A DNA stretch of 64,000 nucleotides from positions 12,278,001-12,342,000 of the forward strand of contig NC_087438.1 of the NCBI RefSeq assembly GCF_036321535.1. The letters are read 5' to 3'. This stretch comes from Camelus dromedarius (taxonomy: Eukaryota). Position 1 is the stretch's first letter; the number at the start of each line of letters is the position of its first letter. A program made the translations under genes and the position numbers. Under the pieces are notes generated by a model that did no database searches, was not told where the DNA came from, and saw only the letters and a list, made by a program, of their open reading frames with translations. Of the stretch, positions 37,747 through 50,519 are shown in pieces.

Positions 37747-37989
37747 GATGAGGTGTATCTTTTTGTTTGGAAGTGTTGTCTGTTGTCTGTTGGCTTTTGC
37801 ACGCCAGCTGTCTGCATGCAGGGATTGCTTCAGAGGATATCCCCGCCTTATGCACTGCTGACTCTGCTGGATGGAACCAGGGGACGTGGAACCAGAGGTC
37901 TTCTGAAGACGTGACCATGACCCCACGTAGCCCAGCACCAGAAATGGAGGAAATACTGGGTTTGAAATAAATGAAGCAAGTCTACAGAA

Positions 37990-38437
37990 AGTTCTTCCAA
38001 ATCTCACAGCTCATATATAAAAGAAATTTGAACCAAGTCTGCCCAAACTTGCCAACAATCCTAAAAATGTACATAACATTGCCATGTATTCTTTATGAAG
38101 CGGAAAGAAACTCTTCTACGCTATCAATGATAAAAAGTGAATTCTATTCACTGTGCTAGAGAGAGACTGAATTGTCATTCTTATTCTCTCTATAGAAAAT
38201 ATTATCTCAAAAATAGCCATTGTTTGAAGAAGGGATTAAGGGACATGCTGACCAAAAAAATGTAGGAAAACATTATTAGAGATGAGTGTTCATTAATAAC
38301 AAATTTTTTAAGATTTGCAATTTGTTATGATTACTTTGTTTATCTTTTGGCCTAATGTGCCTGTGTATTATTTTTAATAATGGGACTTCACCTAACTGTG
38401 TAAGCTCTGGGTCCCATAAAACCAGGATCCACCCCTT
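37990..38437 (+). mobile_element. hAT-Tip100 (Zaphod-like) 3' fragment with transposase dimerization-domain remnant
   Basis: Translation CPNLPTILKMYITLPCILYEAERNSSTLSMIKS...ERLN resembles the hAT motif FPNL..LL.I.LTLP.....AERSFS.L..IK...RS....ERLN; ends ggatccacccct. Confidence 0.75.
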
Positions 38438-38671
38438 GGTAGGGCTGAGGAGAGGGACCCACTGGGGAGGAGAAGAAACCAGGAAGATTCACGAAAGCCA
38501 GAGAGAGGACTGTTTCTAGGAAAGAGTGGCTGGCAGTGAATGTTCTGGGACATTACTGTCAAAAATCTCACACCTGCTCAGCAAAAGGCCTTCAGGAATT
38601 GAAAACTGCTTCATCATGGGAAAACCTGGGTGTTTCTAAGTGTTCCATCTGCCTCAAAATCACCAAGATTC

Positions 38672-38797
38672 TGGGCTGCCAGATTTAGCAAATAAAACCG
38701 TAAGAAGCCCTGTCAATTTGAATTTCAGAAAAAAGCAAACAATGTTTTAGTATGAGTATGTCCTAAGCAATAGTGGTATCTTATCTGACAACACTAC
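38672..38797 (+). mobile_element. MER53 MITE, internally deleted
   Basis: gggctgccagatttagcaaataaaa...atttgaatttcaga...ttttagtatgagtatgtcc joined to the terminus ttatctgacaacacta. Confidence 0.75.
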
Positions 38798-39139
38798 CTG
38801 GTGAGTTTCTTAAAAGCACGGTTTACTCAGGTGATTCGTAGGTAGATGTAGGTGCACTTGCTCTAGACTTAAGAAAGTATTATTTTAGGCATTCGGGTCA
38901 CTGTTCAGAAGAATCCTGTGAACTATCAAAATCGATCTCTCCAAATTGATTTCCAATCCATCCACAAACATGTGGCCTAACCTTTACAATTAAGAGGATG
39001 AATTTTAACCTGGGAGCAAGCAGAGGGATTTAGTCAATAACAGAGCTGCAAATTAACCTCTGAAGTAAGGTGATTGTTATCAAAAGGCATGGACCAAACA
39101 GGTTAGATGTTGGGGTCCTCATCTCCAACTCATTGTATT

Positions 39140-40165
39140 CTTTTTCTTTTTCTTTTTTATTTAGTTTATTTTTGTCACCAATTTTTTCACCTTTATTGAG
39201 GTGTAACTGGCAAATAAAATTGTAAGATAATTTAAAGTGTACATCGTGGTCATTTGATATCTGCATTTATTGTGGAAGGATCCCCATCACCTTGTTAAGC
39301 CTCACATGTTTATCTTTTTGGCACGTGTGTGAGAACATTTACGTTCTCCTCTTGCAGCAAGTTTTAATTATACAACGAGTGTTATCAACCATTGTCTCCA
39401 TGTTTTACATTAGATCCTCAGAACTGTTCAGCTTGTAGTTGAACGTCTGCACCCTTTTGCCAACCTCTCCCTATTTTCCTCACCCCCTAACCTCTGGCAA
39501 CCACTTTTCTACTCTTTGTTTCTAAGAGTTTTAATTTTTTTTTTAATTTTATCATTCCACATATACTATTTGACTTTCTTTGTCTGGCTTATTTCACTTA
39601 GCATAATACCCTCAAGATTCATCCACATTGTTGCAGATAGCAGGATTTCTTTCTCATGGCTGAATAGTATTCCATTTTATAGATATATAGTATGTAATTG
39701 TATATATATATTCCACATCTTTTTTATCTGTTCATCTGTCAATGGACAATTAGGTTGTTTCCATATCTTAGCTCCTGTGACTAATGCTGCAGTGAACAAG
39801 GGAGTACAGGTGTCTCTTTGCCACAGTGCTTTCATTTCCTTCAGATAAATACCCAGAAGTGGAATTTCTGGATCATATGGTAGTTCTGTTTTTAATTTTT
39901 TGAGGAATCTCCATACTCTTTTCCATAATGGCTCCACCAATTTATATTCCCACCAACAGTGCACAAGGGTTCCCTTTTTCCCACATCCTCACCAGCACTT
40001 GTGATGTAACATCACATTGTGCTTTTGATTTGATGGTTAGTGATGTTAAGTACTTTTCATGTACCTGTTGGCCATTTGTAAGTGTTCTTCTGAAAAATGT
40101 CTATCTAGTTCCTCGACCCATTTTTTTTTTATTGGATTGTTTGGGTTTTTGTTCCTACTCTTTTT
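39140..40165 (-). mobile_element. L1 (L1MA9-like) ORF2 C-terminus and 3' UTR
   Basis: ORF 39677-39964 gives [39 protein letters not shown]...TCTPLFTAAL, the L1 ORF2 C-terminal region. Confidence 0.92.
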
Positions 40166-40735
40166 AAAAAATTATAATGGAAAAAATATATAACATAACA
40201 TTTGCCATTTTAACTAGTTTTAAGTGTACAGTTCAGTGACATTAAGTACATTCACAGTGTTGTGCAGCCATCATCAATTTCTATTTCCAAAATGTTTTCA
40301 TTGTGCCCCCAACAGAAACTCTGTTAACAGTGAGCAATAACTCTTATTCTCCCTCCCCCATCCCCTGGTAACCTCTATTCTACGTTCTCTAGGAATTTGC
40401 CTATTATAGATATGTCATCTAAATGGAGTCATATGTTATTTTTCCTTTTATAACTGACTTATTTCCCTTAAGATAATGTTTTCAAGGTTTCATCTATGTT
40501 ATAGCATATACCAACTTCATTGATTTTTATAGCTGAATAATATTCCATTGTACATATACAACACATTTGTTCACCCATTCATTTGTCAACAGACATTTAT
40601 CTAGTTTCCAGCTTTTGACTAATGTGAATAACACTGCCACGAACATTGATATACAAGTATCTGTTTGAGTCCCTACTTTCCGTTCTTTTGGATACATACA
40701 CAGAAATGAAATAGCTGGGTCACATATTAATTCTT
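40166..40735 (-). mobile_element. L1MB-like 3' end
   Basis: tttgccattttaac...aagtgtacagttcagtgacattaagtacattcacagtgttgtgcagccatca...gctgaataatattccattgt. Confidence 0.85.
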
Positions 40736-40823
40736 TCTAGCTTTTAAGATCTACCCAACGCCCCACTGTTTATAGCCTACTTGTTATACAAGAACAGCCA
40801 CTGAGCTCCAACATAGCAGCAGC

Positions 40824-41864
40824 CAGGGCCAGCTTCTTAGGCATATGAGCTGTGCCCTTTCTCGGGGCCCCATGCTCAGGAGAGCTCACACTCAGAAAGG
40901 CCCGACGCTGAGAAAGGCCCCACGCTGAGAAAGGCCCCATATATGGTTTAATTCTCTGTTGCCACCATCTTGAAATTCTTAATAATCCTGCCTTTGGACT
41001 TGTGTTTTGTAAGTGAAGTCCAATAGGACAATGGCGTGTGTGAGCAGGGGAGACATGCCCAGTGTCCCTGTTCTCAGCCATTCCTTGTTGTCCCATTTGC
41101 TCAGCGTGTTGATACTGACCCATGAGCACACGTTTCTGGAAGACCAGGGTGCATGGGATTTGAGGGAGACTCCAAGTGAGCCCCGGGTAAGGGTGTTCCG
41201 TCTATGATAGCCCCAAGTGGCCTCACCTCTTTTTAAATCAAAACTTGCTTTGGGCACAGAAAGAAATCAATGATGTTTGAAGAAATAAGCCACCAAGGAA
41301 CCTATCATATCCTTTCTTATTCATGTCACTTCCCTTATTCACCCACTACTTGTGCTGAAAGTGATGATATAGAAGGAGAGGGAAAGCCTGGTTACTTTTC
41401 CTTTCAACCCTTTCTTACTCATCATTAATTCAAGGACAGAAAGTGGTGGTAAGACGTGTGTGCAACAAGAAGTGAAATTAACAAGGCCCAGTGAGTTCTG
41501 TGCAGCATGCCCACTGCTCTTGTAAGAATAAAATATATATGATGTATGGACAAGCAATGAAATATGAATTGTGTAATTTCTGTCAAACGCTCTGATATTT
41601 TATTTAAAATTAGAATTGTACAATATAAGGAAGGACAGTAAAATTCCTGCTAACAATTTACATTTTTAATTATTCTGCACTTAAATGATATTAAAGAGCA
41701 AAGAAAAAAGACAAAAAACCACCAGAATGAGGAGAGAGAATACAGAAGAGAGGAAAAAGCTTTTAATTTTAGGGCTTTTAGTGGTGCTTTTTTCTTCCTT
41801 TTTGAACCAAAGGTCACACATTTTCATCTTGCACTGGGCCCTGTAAATTATGTAGCCAGCCCTG
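40824..41864 (+). mobile_element. MER45B-like (hAT-Tip100), ~1 kb with both termini
   Basis: Starts cagggccagcttc and ends gcactgggccctgtaaattatgtagccagccctg; its ends are shared with the MER45A copy at 27932. Confidence 0.82.
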
Positions 41865-42583
41865 ACAGCCCCCTGTCCTCAAACGCTATGGCAGTAGTTT
41901 TAAGTGCAATTAGGGGACTAGGGGAGAGGTGAGATGGGTCTTGAAGTGCCATGCTGTTATTTTAGGAAGGGTGAAGGAATGCACTTCAGAAAATAAGTAC
42001 ACAGATGAAAGCCTAGAGACCCAGGCTTTCATTATATACCATCTCAGCATTCTCATACGCAGATGAACGCCAGATACCCTCACGAAAATAGGAAAGAGAG
42101 AGAGACGGGGCAGGCCAAGTCAGATTAGCCTCCTTTTTCAGAAATATACCACACAAATAAAGATTTATAAATGGAAAAAAAAAGAATAATGCTAGGCTCT
42201 ATATCATTGCTAATGTTATGAAAATAACTTTTTTTCATCCAAAAATCCCATATAAACTTCCACCTGATGGTCTGGTGGATATTTAAGAAGACTTTACTGT
42301 GATTGGCTGATTAATAAAATGAAAATAAACTCTATTGTCATGCCTCAGCCTTTTAGATTTTTTCACATAAATATTTTATGGCAGTTCAAGGAAGCCAACA
42401 CATATCAGAAATAGTCAGTATCAGAAATAATAGTCCTGCTCTCTTTTGACAGGTTTTAAAAGTTTGTTTTCTTTAAAAAGTACTCTAAAAATAACATCAA
42501 ATATTTTGGATTAGTGACTTTGAAGGGTTTTTTTTTCCCCCCCTCATTTTTTCCTTTTGGAAATTCTAAATACATCCTTCCCT

Positions 42584-42635
42584 GGAAAACTTGTTTTCTC
42601 AAGAGGGAAAACTTGTTTTCTCAAGAGGGAAAACT
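42584..42635. repeat. Perfect 22-bp tandem duplication
   Basis: ggaaaacttgttttctcaagag x2 plus ggaaaact. Confidence 0.95.
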
Positions 42636-43069
42636 AAAAGAAACAGTGATATTTCCCAAGTTTCTCTGATAATCTGCTGCTTTTAATCTCCTATCAATTA
42701 AGACAGCCAGGTGACACTACAGAAGGCAATCAAGATGCGTCTAGTCTTTACAACGTAAGTCAGGTTGAATCTATGCCATCTGTCAGAGAGAAAGAATTAC
42801 AAAGGCATGCAACCTCACATTTTCAAGGAAGTTGCAGTCAAATTCTCCAAGCACTAGACAGCATCTGTGCTATACTTAACTCATCATGATTTCTCCTATC
42901 TCACATAGCAGTTTAGCAAGAAATAGGCACTCCTTTTTTATTTTATGTACTCTTGACCAGCAAATTAATTTATTGATTATTTATCTCTCTGTCTTTCCAT
43001 ACAAGAGGAAATCTTACATAGTATTAGAAACATTGATTGCACACTTATTTTATTCTCTGAAATTTACCT

Positions 43070-43225
43070 GAATTATTTAATTTCATCCTCCCATAACACT
43101 ATGAGGTGGGTCCTATTATCATCCATTTTCTACATGAGGAAATCAAGGATTAGAGATGGAGCGGTTTGTCCGTGCTCACAAAACTTGTAAGTGATAAAGA
43201 CAGAATTCAAACCCTAGTACTTTGA
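43070..43225 (-). mobile_element. MIR
   Basis: catcctcccataacactatgaggtggg...attatcatccattttctacatgaggaaa. Confidence 0.8.
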
Positions 43226-44130
43226 TGTCACACGGGAGTCTGCTAAAGTTCCACAATTTGGACAGCTACTGTTTAGAGATTAAGATTGGAAAAGAGGCTT
43301 CTGCTTGAATCTTTCCTCCTTCTCTTCACCAGGATGACTGCATGCTTGGATACCTGCCACATTTGAATTTTGAAAGACACTGGAGCAGAAGCAAAATACA
43401 GTAAGATATGACCAGTCCAGTGTCACTTGTCTCTGCTGGGGATTTTTGTATTCAAACTAACATCACTGAAAAGAACTGGACTGGAGAATAATTTCTCTTT
43501 GCTGACCCAAGTATCAGGAGATGGTCTAATAGTATCCGATGTTTTTGGAAGTCTCAGAAAATACAAACTGATAATACTTACACAAACGTTTGTACAATTT
43601 TAAAATATTGATGACCCAGGAATACTTAGTGAATGTATCGCTCACCCCAAGCTGGCTCAGATTTCCTAAGAAAAAGGTTGCCACACTAAACTAATTTTTA
43701 AAGGGCTTCTAGAATCATAATGGATATATTCTGCCATCCTGGACACCCTACTTTGAAAACTCCATGGCTGATGGCTAAAATGAAGAAACACAGCCTGAAT
43801 GGTACTGCATTTATATGTACCGGAGTATCAAAGTTTTATTGTTGGGTCAGTGTCAATCTTGGGACAGTTTCAAATGACATGCCAGAGGTCGATGCACTTG
43901 ACTTTGCCCTACTAAACTTTTTTCAAATCTGTCATTCTGACAAAAACACAGAAGAAATGTTTACCAGATTTTAAAATGATCAAGTATCCATCATACAGCA
44001 TAATTGGATCAAGATTCCTAGACATTGTGAAAGCCTTGAAGACTTGGCCACTACAGAAAAGATGAAATTTAACGGGAATGAGGGAGTCTCTGTTTAGATT
44101 TTAAAAATAAACTCATCTATAGAAAGAGCT

Positions 44131-44490
44131 TGTATCAGTCAGGATAGACTAGATTATGTTGCAGTAACAAATTACCCCCAGAACTCCAGTTATTTAGCAA
44201 CAAGATTTTATTGCTCAATTACCTTAAACATCCACAGTGGGTCATCTGGGAGCTTTGCTCTACATTTTCCTCACTCTGGGATCCAGGCTGATGGAAACTC
44301 TGCCATGTGAACATTGCTGATTACAGTCACAGAGGAAAATCTTTAATTACCTCTTAAAGCTCCCAGAGAAGTACCATGTCATCTCACTTCCCCTTGCCAA
44401 GAAAGTCACACGACCACATCTCACTCCAGAGGGGGAGGGAATTGCACCTACCAGGTGCATAGCAGAAGGAGAACAATACTAATTAGTATC
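44131..44490 (-). mobile_element. MLT1J/K-like LTR
   Basis: tgtatcagtcaggatagactagattatgttgcagtaacaaa...cactctgggatccaggctgatgga. Confidence 0.75.
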
Positions 44491-44610
44491 CAAGGTTAGG
44501 CTCAGCAGAACAGCTGTTGATGTGGAAAATACTGTGAGTGTTTGGCTGGTGGCAAAACTCGGTAGATGAAAAAGTTATCCCAGTCTTAGGGTGTATTAAT
44601 TGCAGTATCT

Positions 44611-44925
44611 CTGGTAGGCTGAATAAAAGGGACTTTGCATCTAAGACTACATTAAGAATTTTGAGATGGGAAGATTATCCTGGATTATCTGCACAGGCCT
44701 TAAATGTAATCACAAGTGTCCTTGTATAATAAGACAGAAACAGGGAGACTGGAGTGATGAACTTTGAAGATGAAGGAAGGAACCAGCTTTGTAGACACTT
44801 TGATTATAGTTCTGCAAAATTGATTCTACACTTCTAACTTCCAGAAAGATAAGATAATAAATTTGTGTTGTTTTAAGCCACTACATTTGTGATCATTTGT
44901 TTTAGCAGCCATAGGAAACTGATAC
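44611..44925 (+). mobile_element. MLT1D-like LTR (internally deleted)
   Basis: aaaagggactttgca...ttgagatgggaagattatcctggattatct...aatgtaatcacaag...aataaatttgtgttgttttaagccact...gcagccataggaaactgatac. Confidence 0.82.
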
Positions 44926-45730
44926 GGAATCTAAAGCAAAGTTCCTTCATTTCCAGATGAAACAATCAGAATAATCCAGAGGCCCAATAACACATCACAC
45001 TCAGGGTTGTGGAAACTGCCTGGGATGTTTAAGTAGAAAAAGGGAATACAATAGAGGCTTTCATAGACACAGGTTGTCTCGTAGACGTGGGTGGGGCCTG
45101 CTTTTTGTGGAGACAGAAGCTAGAACTTAATCAGTGAGTTAGAGGATTTGGCTCACATCAAGAATGAAGCTTGTTCAGCATTAGAACATGCCGTCTTGGT
45201 GCTACTGGATGGAGATTCAAAGATGCTAAATTATCCACTGGTTAAGGATACTATCAGAGTCCTGCATTGGGTGGGAAATTTGGATGAATAACTTCTTCCT
45301 GGAAGAAGTCCCTTCCATGATTGTTTTTTTTTCTCTCCTCTATCTGGACCTGATAGTTTCTGGATGAGCTACCCATTGGGTTTTTCACAGGTGTGGGAGG
45401 TCCTGGGGCTATGCTAAAAGGAAGCTCACTGTTGGCCCACTGGTTGGTAGAGGGGAGGGTCAAAGGGAACATGTGTAGTTCAGATTAGAAGGTCAATCCA
45501 AACATCTGGAAGCAGAAAGTTGCCCATTTAGAGCACCTAGAAGGAGCAGCTTTGGCAGAAGAATGGTGAGTGTGAGTAAGACTTTGTCTTAGGTAAACTG
45601 AGGTTCAAATGAGTCAAAACGGAAGGATGGAGAGTTCTGGAGTGAACCCAGTGAATAATCCCATGTAGTTTTAAATCCCATGATCAACTGTATGTCTTAA
45701 GATTTAAGGCTAGATCTTGGTAGGGGGATG

Positions 45731-45840
45731 GGAGGAAGGGTATAGCTCAGTGGTAGAGCATATACTTAGCATGCACGAGGTCCTAGGTTCAATCCCCAGT
45801 CCCTCTATTAAAATAAATAAATAAATAATCCAATTACCTC
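45731..45840 (+). mobile_element. tRNA-Ala-derived SINE (vic-1-like)
   Basis: gggtatagctcagtggtagagc...cttagcatgcacgaggtcctaggttcaatcccc, then (taaa)n and aattacctc. Confidence 0.9.
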
Positions 45841-46189
45841 TTAAAGGGACCTCACAGCCTGGCGTCCCTCTTCCCTCTGTGCCTTTGCAGTCTTTTTTCC
45901 TGACTCCATCTCCTCCAGCCACCCTTTGAGCTCATGTTTCTCTGAGCAATACAATCATCGTAATCACCTGGGGTGCTGTTTAATAATGCCAGGGTCACGG
46001 AGGTGGCGCCTGAGAATCTCAGCTCTTAGTTTCCTAGCTGAATCCTTTGCTCCTTAAATTTGAATATCCAGTACTGTAAATACTAACGCTTTCTGAAATT
46101 CTACCCCTATAATCTCTTCCTTCTTCTTTTATGCTCTTGCTAGCCCATCACCTGGCATGTGGTAAATAGATAAAATATTTGTGAAATGA

Positions 46190-47390
46190 ATGAATACTGA
46201 CAACCAAAGCTACAGCTTCAGCTGTCGCCTCGTGTTGATGAGGGCTCCTTAATTCACCTCTCTGTAATCACTTCTCTTCTGAGCCCTGGATCAGACTCCC
46301 AACTGCCGATCATACAATGGATACCCAAACTTAACAACTTTTTGCAGATCTAAGCTTATTATCTTTTCTCTATAATTCCTTTCTCCCATGCAAATGCATT
46401 CCTTCTTCAATTTTTCCTGAGTTAGCATGGTCACCAGCTACCTTGCGTTTCAAGAAAAGAAAATTGAAATCTTACTTTATTCAACCTCATTCTCACTGGG
46501 GTTTCCATCAACCCCAAATCCTACTATCACAATAGCTCCTGATTCTGTCCCTTGTCTTTCATTCCTCACTACAATTATCTTAGCTCAAATCCGTGTTTTT
46601 TTGTTGCCAGGAAAGCTGCAAGAGTCTCATAATTAATCCTTCAGCTTCTGATCTCTTCCCACTCCAGTCATGTTCATCACTGACACAAGAATAAATGTTC
46701 TAAAAGCACATTGGATCCCATCAGCTCCCTCTCCTTTTTGATAAGATGACTTCCAGATTCTCTAGGATGCTGAACAAATTTTCAGCCTATTCTAATTCTG
46801 TCTCCCCTCCACCCTCAAGCACACATGCACCTTGTGGCTGGTCTGGGTTTTTTTGGGGGGGAGGGAAGGGGGGTAATTAGTTTTAATTAATGAATGAATT
46901 AATTAAATGGAGGTGCTGGGGATTGAACCCAGGACCTCATGCATGCTAAGCATGCACTCTACCACTGAGCTTTACCTTCCCCACCATGGCCTGTCACGTT
47001 GAGCATCTCATGGTCCAGGACTGAGCCAGCCCTTTGACACCTACCTGCCTTCAAACATGCTGAGTCTTTTGCCTTAACTACTTAACTCTTTCTCTGCCTG
47101 GCACTTTAAGACCAGTTAAAAGACCATCTCCCCTGGATACGTTTTTAAGTGAGGATATGCATATTTATCCATAGCTTTCTCTGTTCCCAGCATCTGTTCA
47201 TGCGTCTATTATATTACAGTATTGCATCGAATAGAAACTAGCTACGTACCTGCTTCCTCCCCCAATAGACTATGATCTTCTTAGAAAAGAGGTCATGTCT
47301 GTTTCATCTTTGCATTTCCAGTGCCCAGCATAGAGCCTGTTACATTACGTAGTAGCTTCTAAGTAAATGTTTGTTTCTAGAATTAATCAA
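46190..47390 (+). mobile_element. L2 3' region (degraded), interrupted by a SINE
   Basis: Pyrimidine-rich L2 motifs ending tagactatgatcttcttaga...catgtctgtttcatct...ccagtgcccagcatagagcctg...taaatgtttgtt. Confidence 0.65.
46848..46982 (-). mobile_element. tRNA-Ala-derived SINE (vic-1-like)
   Basis: ggtaattag...tggaggtgctggggattgaacccaggacctcatgcatgctaagcatgcactctaccactgagct. Confidence 0.9.
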
Positions 47391-50300
47391 TCAAAATCAG
47401 AACTGATTTCAGAGAAAGGCCTAGAATGGTTCATCATAAAGACCACCTAACACCAGTGTCAAGTGATCATGCCTTTGGATAATCTCACCAAAGTCTCCAG
47501 AATCATAAATTTATTCCATTTCTCCTTCCATACTTGGGAAAGATGAAAATCAGATATTTTAATCTTATTTGAAGACTTAACCTTGCCTAGAACTTCCTAT
47601 ATCTGACTATTGTTCCAAGTCACAAGAGAATTTTTTTTTATTAAGTCTTATCCTTAGAGAGAGTTTAGCATAGCAACAGTAGGCCAAGCTATGAATAATT
47701 ACAATGGACGATAAAAGTGCTTGTTTAGTACAGTTAACGGTTAACTATGAATAGATTCAGTATGAATTAAGACTGCCAGCTTTCCATGGGGGCTGCAACT
47801 GCCTAAACTTTCTCCCTGTTCTGAAGGACCTTTCCTGGAACTGGTACTTTACTCCTTCATGACTGCCTCTGTGCCCACTGGGAGATCATGGCTGTTGGTG
47901 ACAGCAATCAAAGAGAGAGAATCCTCTGCTTGGAATTACAGAGTCCCTCCACTGGTCCAGGGGTGACTCAAAATTTGGTCTTGGGAAAGACAGAGTAGTG
48001 ACTTTAGACTGTAGACTCTCCCTCTAGTCTATTTCCTCAAGGAATGGATAAACGATAATAAAAACCAGCAAAACAACAACAACAACAAATGTACTGTCAA
48101 TAACCAAACTGGGGAAAAGGTATAACCTCATGTTATTACCTACAAAATGGGACTGGGTGCCAAGCAGGGGAACAGAAGATCCTGGTGTGGTTTCGTTCAG
48201 CCTCTAAAAATGTTCCTCAAGCTTCTGCAACTTAGAGAGAAGGGGACTTAGGAGGTAGGTCCAGAAAAAGATAAGGAAAAGGTAACAGGAGCCAAGACTC
48301 TATCTGGCCACTCCAGAGGTTAGCAGGGAGCAAAGAATATGTCAAGCTTTTCTGTTTTCTGGGACTCATCACTGAACCATGGGGCTAAGTCACGTCTTGC
48401 AGGAACCTCCATGAACATAGGCTACCTCCCCAGCTGGATGGTGTGAACCTTGGCACAGAACATTTAATATGAACCCAGACAGGAGAGCAGAGCCCAGGTA
48501 TTGGGTGTTAGATGATATTTATATCTTAATCTCTGTATTCTTCTTCTTCATCACTTACATGTTTTGTAATGAGTACCTTTAAAAAAATAAAAGAATAAAG
48601 TCACTTAAGAAAAAGAAAGAAGCCCATAAAAAACCGAATCTTGAGAAAACCCTCCTTGGTTTTTCCCTAGGATCCTTGGAGGGAAGGGATTTCAGCTTGC
48701 CAATCAAAAACTAGCTCTCCCATGGACTCATTAAAGTGACTCATCACTTTGTGAGCTTTTTTCCCTGTCAGAGTAAACAGAGAGTTTGCTAGCACTTACC
48801 TCATCCAATACCTTTCAGAGACTTGAGAGATTGGGACTTAGAACCGGTGAATGAAGAAAATGCTTGAAAAAGTCTCCAAAGAAGTAGTCACACAGATTTT
48901 TTTTCAAAGACAAGCACATTTGGGAAGTGACTTAGATTTTTCATATTGTCCTACTGGTGTTTCCGCTTCTTCCTTAACCCCAGAGTTGGAGCGACAAACT
49001 CTCTTAGCAGTTTCATTGCCAAAGTCAGATTTCCTGCTCCTCTCTTCCCTCAGAGCCTCAGGTTGCCTTGGCTCCATGCATCCCTCACATCACTTTTCTG
49101 CCTGCAAGGCAGCACTGTTGTAGGTGTCAAAAGCATTGCATGGACCTGACACCAGCTACAGGAGGCATAGATGACCAAATGATTTACATACGAGAAAATG
49201 CTAATGTAACTGTTTCAAACTAAGTCCTATTAATAAATAGTAGAACCATAACATTCTAGGTGGTAAGATTTATATTCTTTACAATCTTCTTTATTTTCCA
49301 AAATTTGCAAAATGGGTACATGTTATTTATACAGCCAGAAAATATATATATATATAATTTTAAATTAAATAAGGGATTCTGAGGGGATTTTAAAAACATT
49401 TATATCCCCAATCCCTCCCTACCCCCACTACAACAAAAAAACTGAATTAATTTCTTCTTTAAAAGTTATTCCTTAAATGAGGCCAACTGGTTAAGGAGGA
49501 AATAAAGAACAAATAAAAGGAAATAACTTCTTCATGTGGCTCGTGGTCAGATAGAGGCATCTGCTGTCACAGAAGGTCAGACGGTCAAATGCAGGATGAG
49601 CTGAAAGGCCAGTGAAATGAAGGCATTTTCAGGGGGTGATGGCTGCAGGAAGGGGAGGGGTCTGGAAGAAGGCAGGCCAGGGCTGCTGTAACCATCAGCT
49701 GTAAGAGGAGATAAGGTGTCCAGTTTTAGGGCAAAGAAGAATTTCAGCTTGAACGGAACATTCTCCCGGCCTTGATTTCAATATTCAGAATAAGATCCTA
49801 TGATACATTGCTCATTAAAAACTAAAGCTACAGTTGTTTTAGTGCCATGTTTGAACTTTGGTCTGCCCGGTGGACTTACAGTGATGAACCACGTTGGGGT
49901 CATAGTCATCGGTGGATGCACCTGGGTACTGACTGAGTTGAAGGCACTGTGCCAGGCACGGAAAACATAAAAGCAAATCAGAAGGCAAGAGCTCAGAGTC
50001 CACCAAGGAAAACAGATATGTAAAAAAATAATTACAGAACAACCCATTAACATTGTGCTCCCGGCGAGGATAAAGCTCCATGGGAACCTGGAAGTAATTA
50101 ATTTTGCCGAGTTGGGGACCCAGGCATGTGTTATCTGAAACTTTCCTAAGGTGAGAATCATCCTGCGACACTTTGTGGAGAAACAGTTTCCTTGATTCCA
50201 ACCCAGACCTACAGAATGAGAAGGTCACGGGGAAGACTGGGAATCTGATTACAAAACAATTGTCTTAAAGGATTGTTACCCAAGGGCCATTTTTGGAAGC

Positions 50301-50519
50301 TTGGGTGAGTAAGAGCTTGTCAGGTGAAACAAGGAGCCGAGCTTACCCAGGATAAAGAAGAGCCTCTCAAACTTTCTGTGTGCACAGCAATTGCCCAGGG
50401 CTGTGTTGAAATGCGGATTTTGATTTGGTAGGTCTGGGTTGGGGCTATGACTCCTTTTCTAAGTAGCTCCAGGATATGGCAAGTCTGCTGGTCAACCAAC
50501 CGCACAGGCCCACTCATTG

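Larger units (their letters stand above)
43720..45250 (+). mobile_element. CR1/L3 LINE reverse-transcriptase remnants, split by two MaLR LTRs
   Basis: Translations VSNDMPEVDALDFALLNFF...EEMFTRF*ND (cf. VPQGSVLGPVLFNIF...LIKFADD), IKIPRHCESLEDLATTEKMKFN (cf. IQKDLDRLEKWA..NKMKFN) and KVIPVLGCINCSI (cf. KANAILGCINRSI). Confidence 0.72.

Noticed and set aside
42584..42635. Palindromic direct repeat resembling a CRISPR repeat
   Set aside because: Only ~2.4 adjacent copies, no spacers, no cas genes, mammalian context.
45731..45810. tRNA-Ala(AGC)-like sequences here and at 13293, 31417, 35541 and 46848
   Set aside because: They have stem mismatches, extra G-rich 5' leaders, A-rich tails and in several cases TSDs, so they are SINEs rather than tRNA genes.
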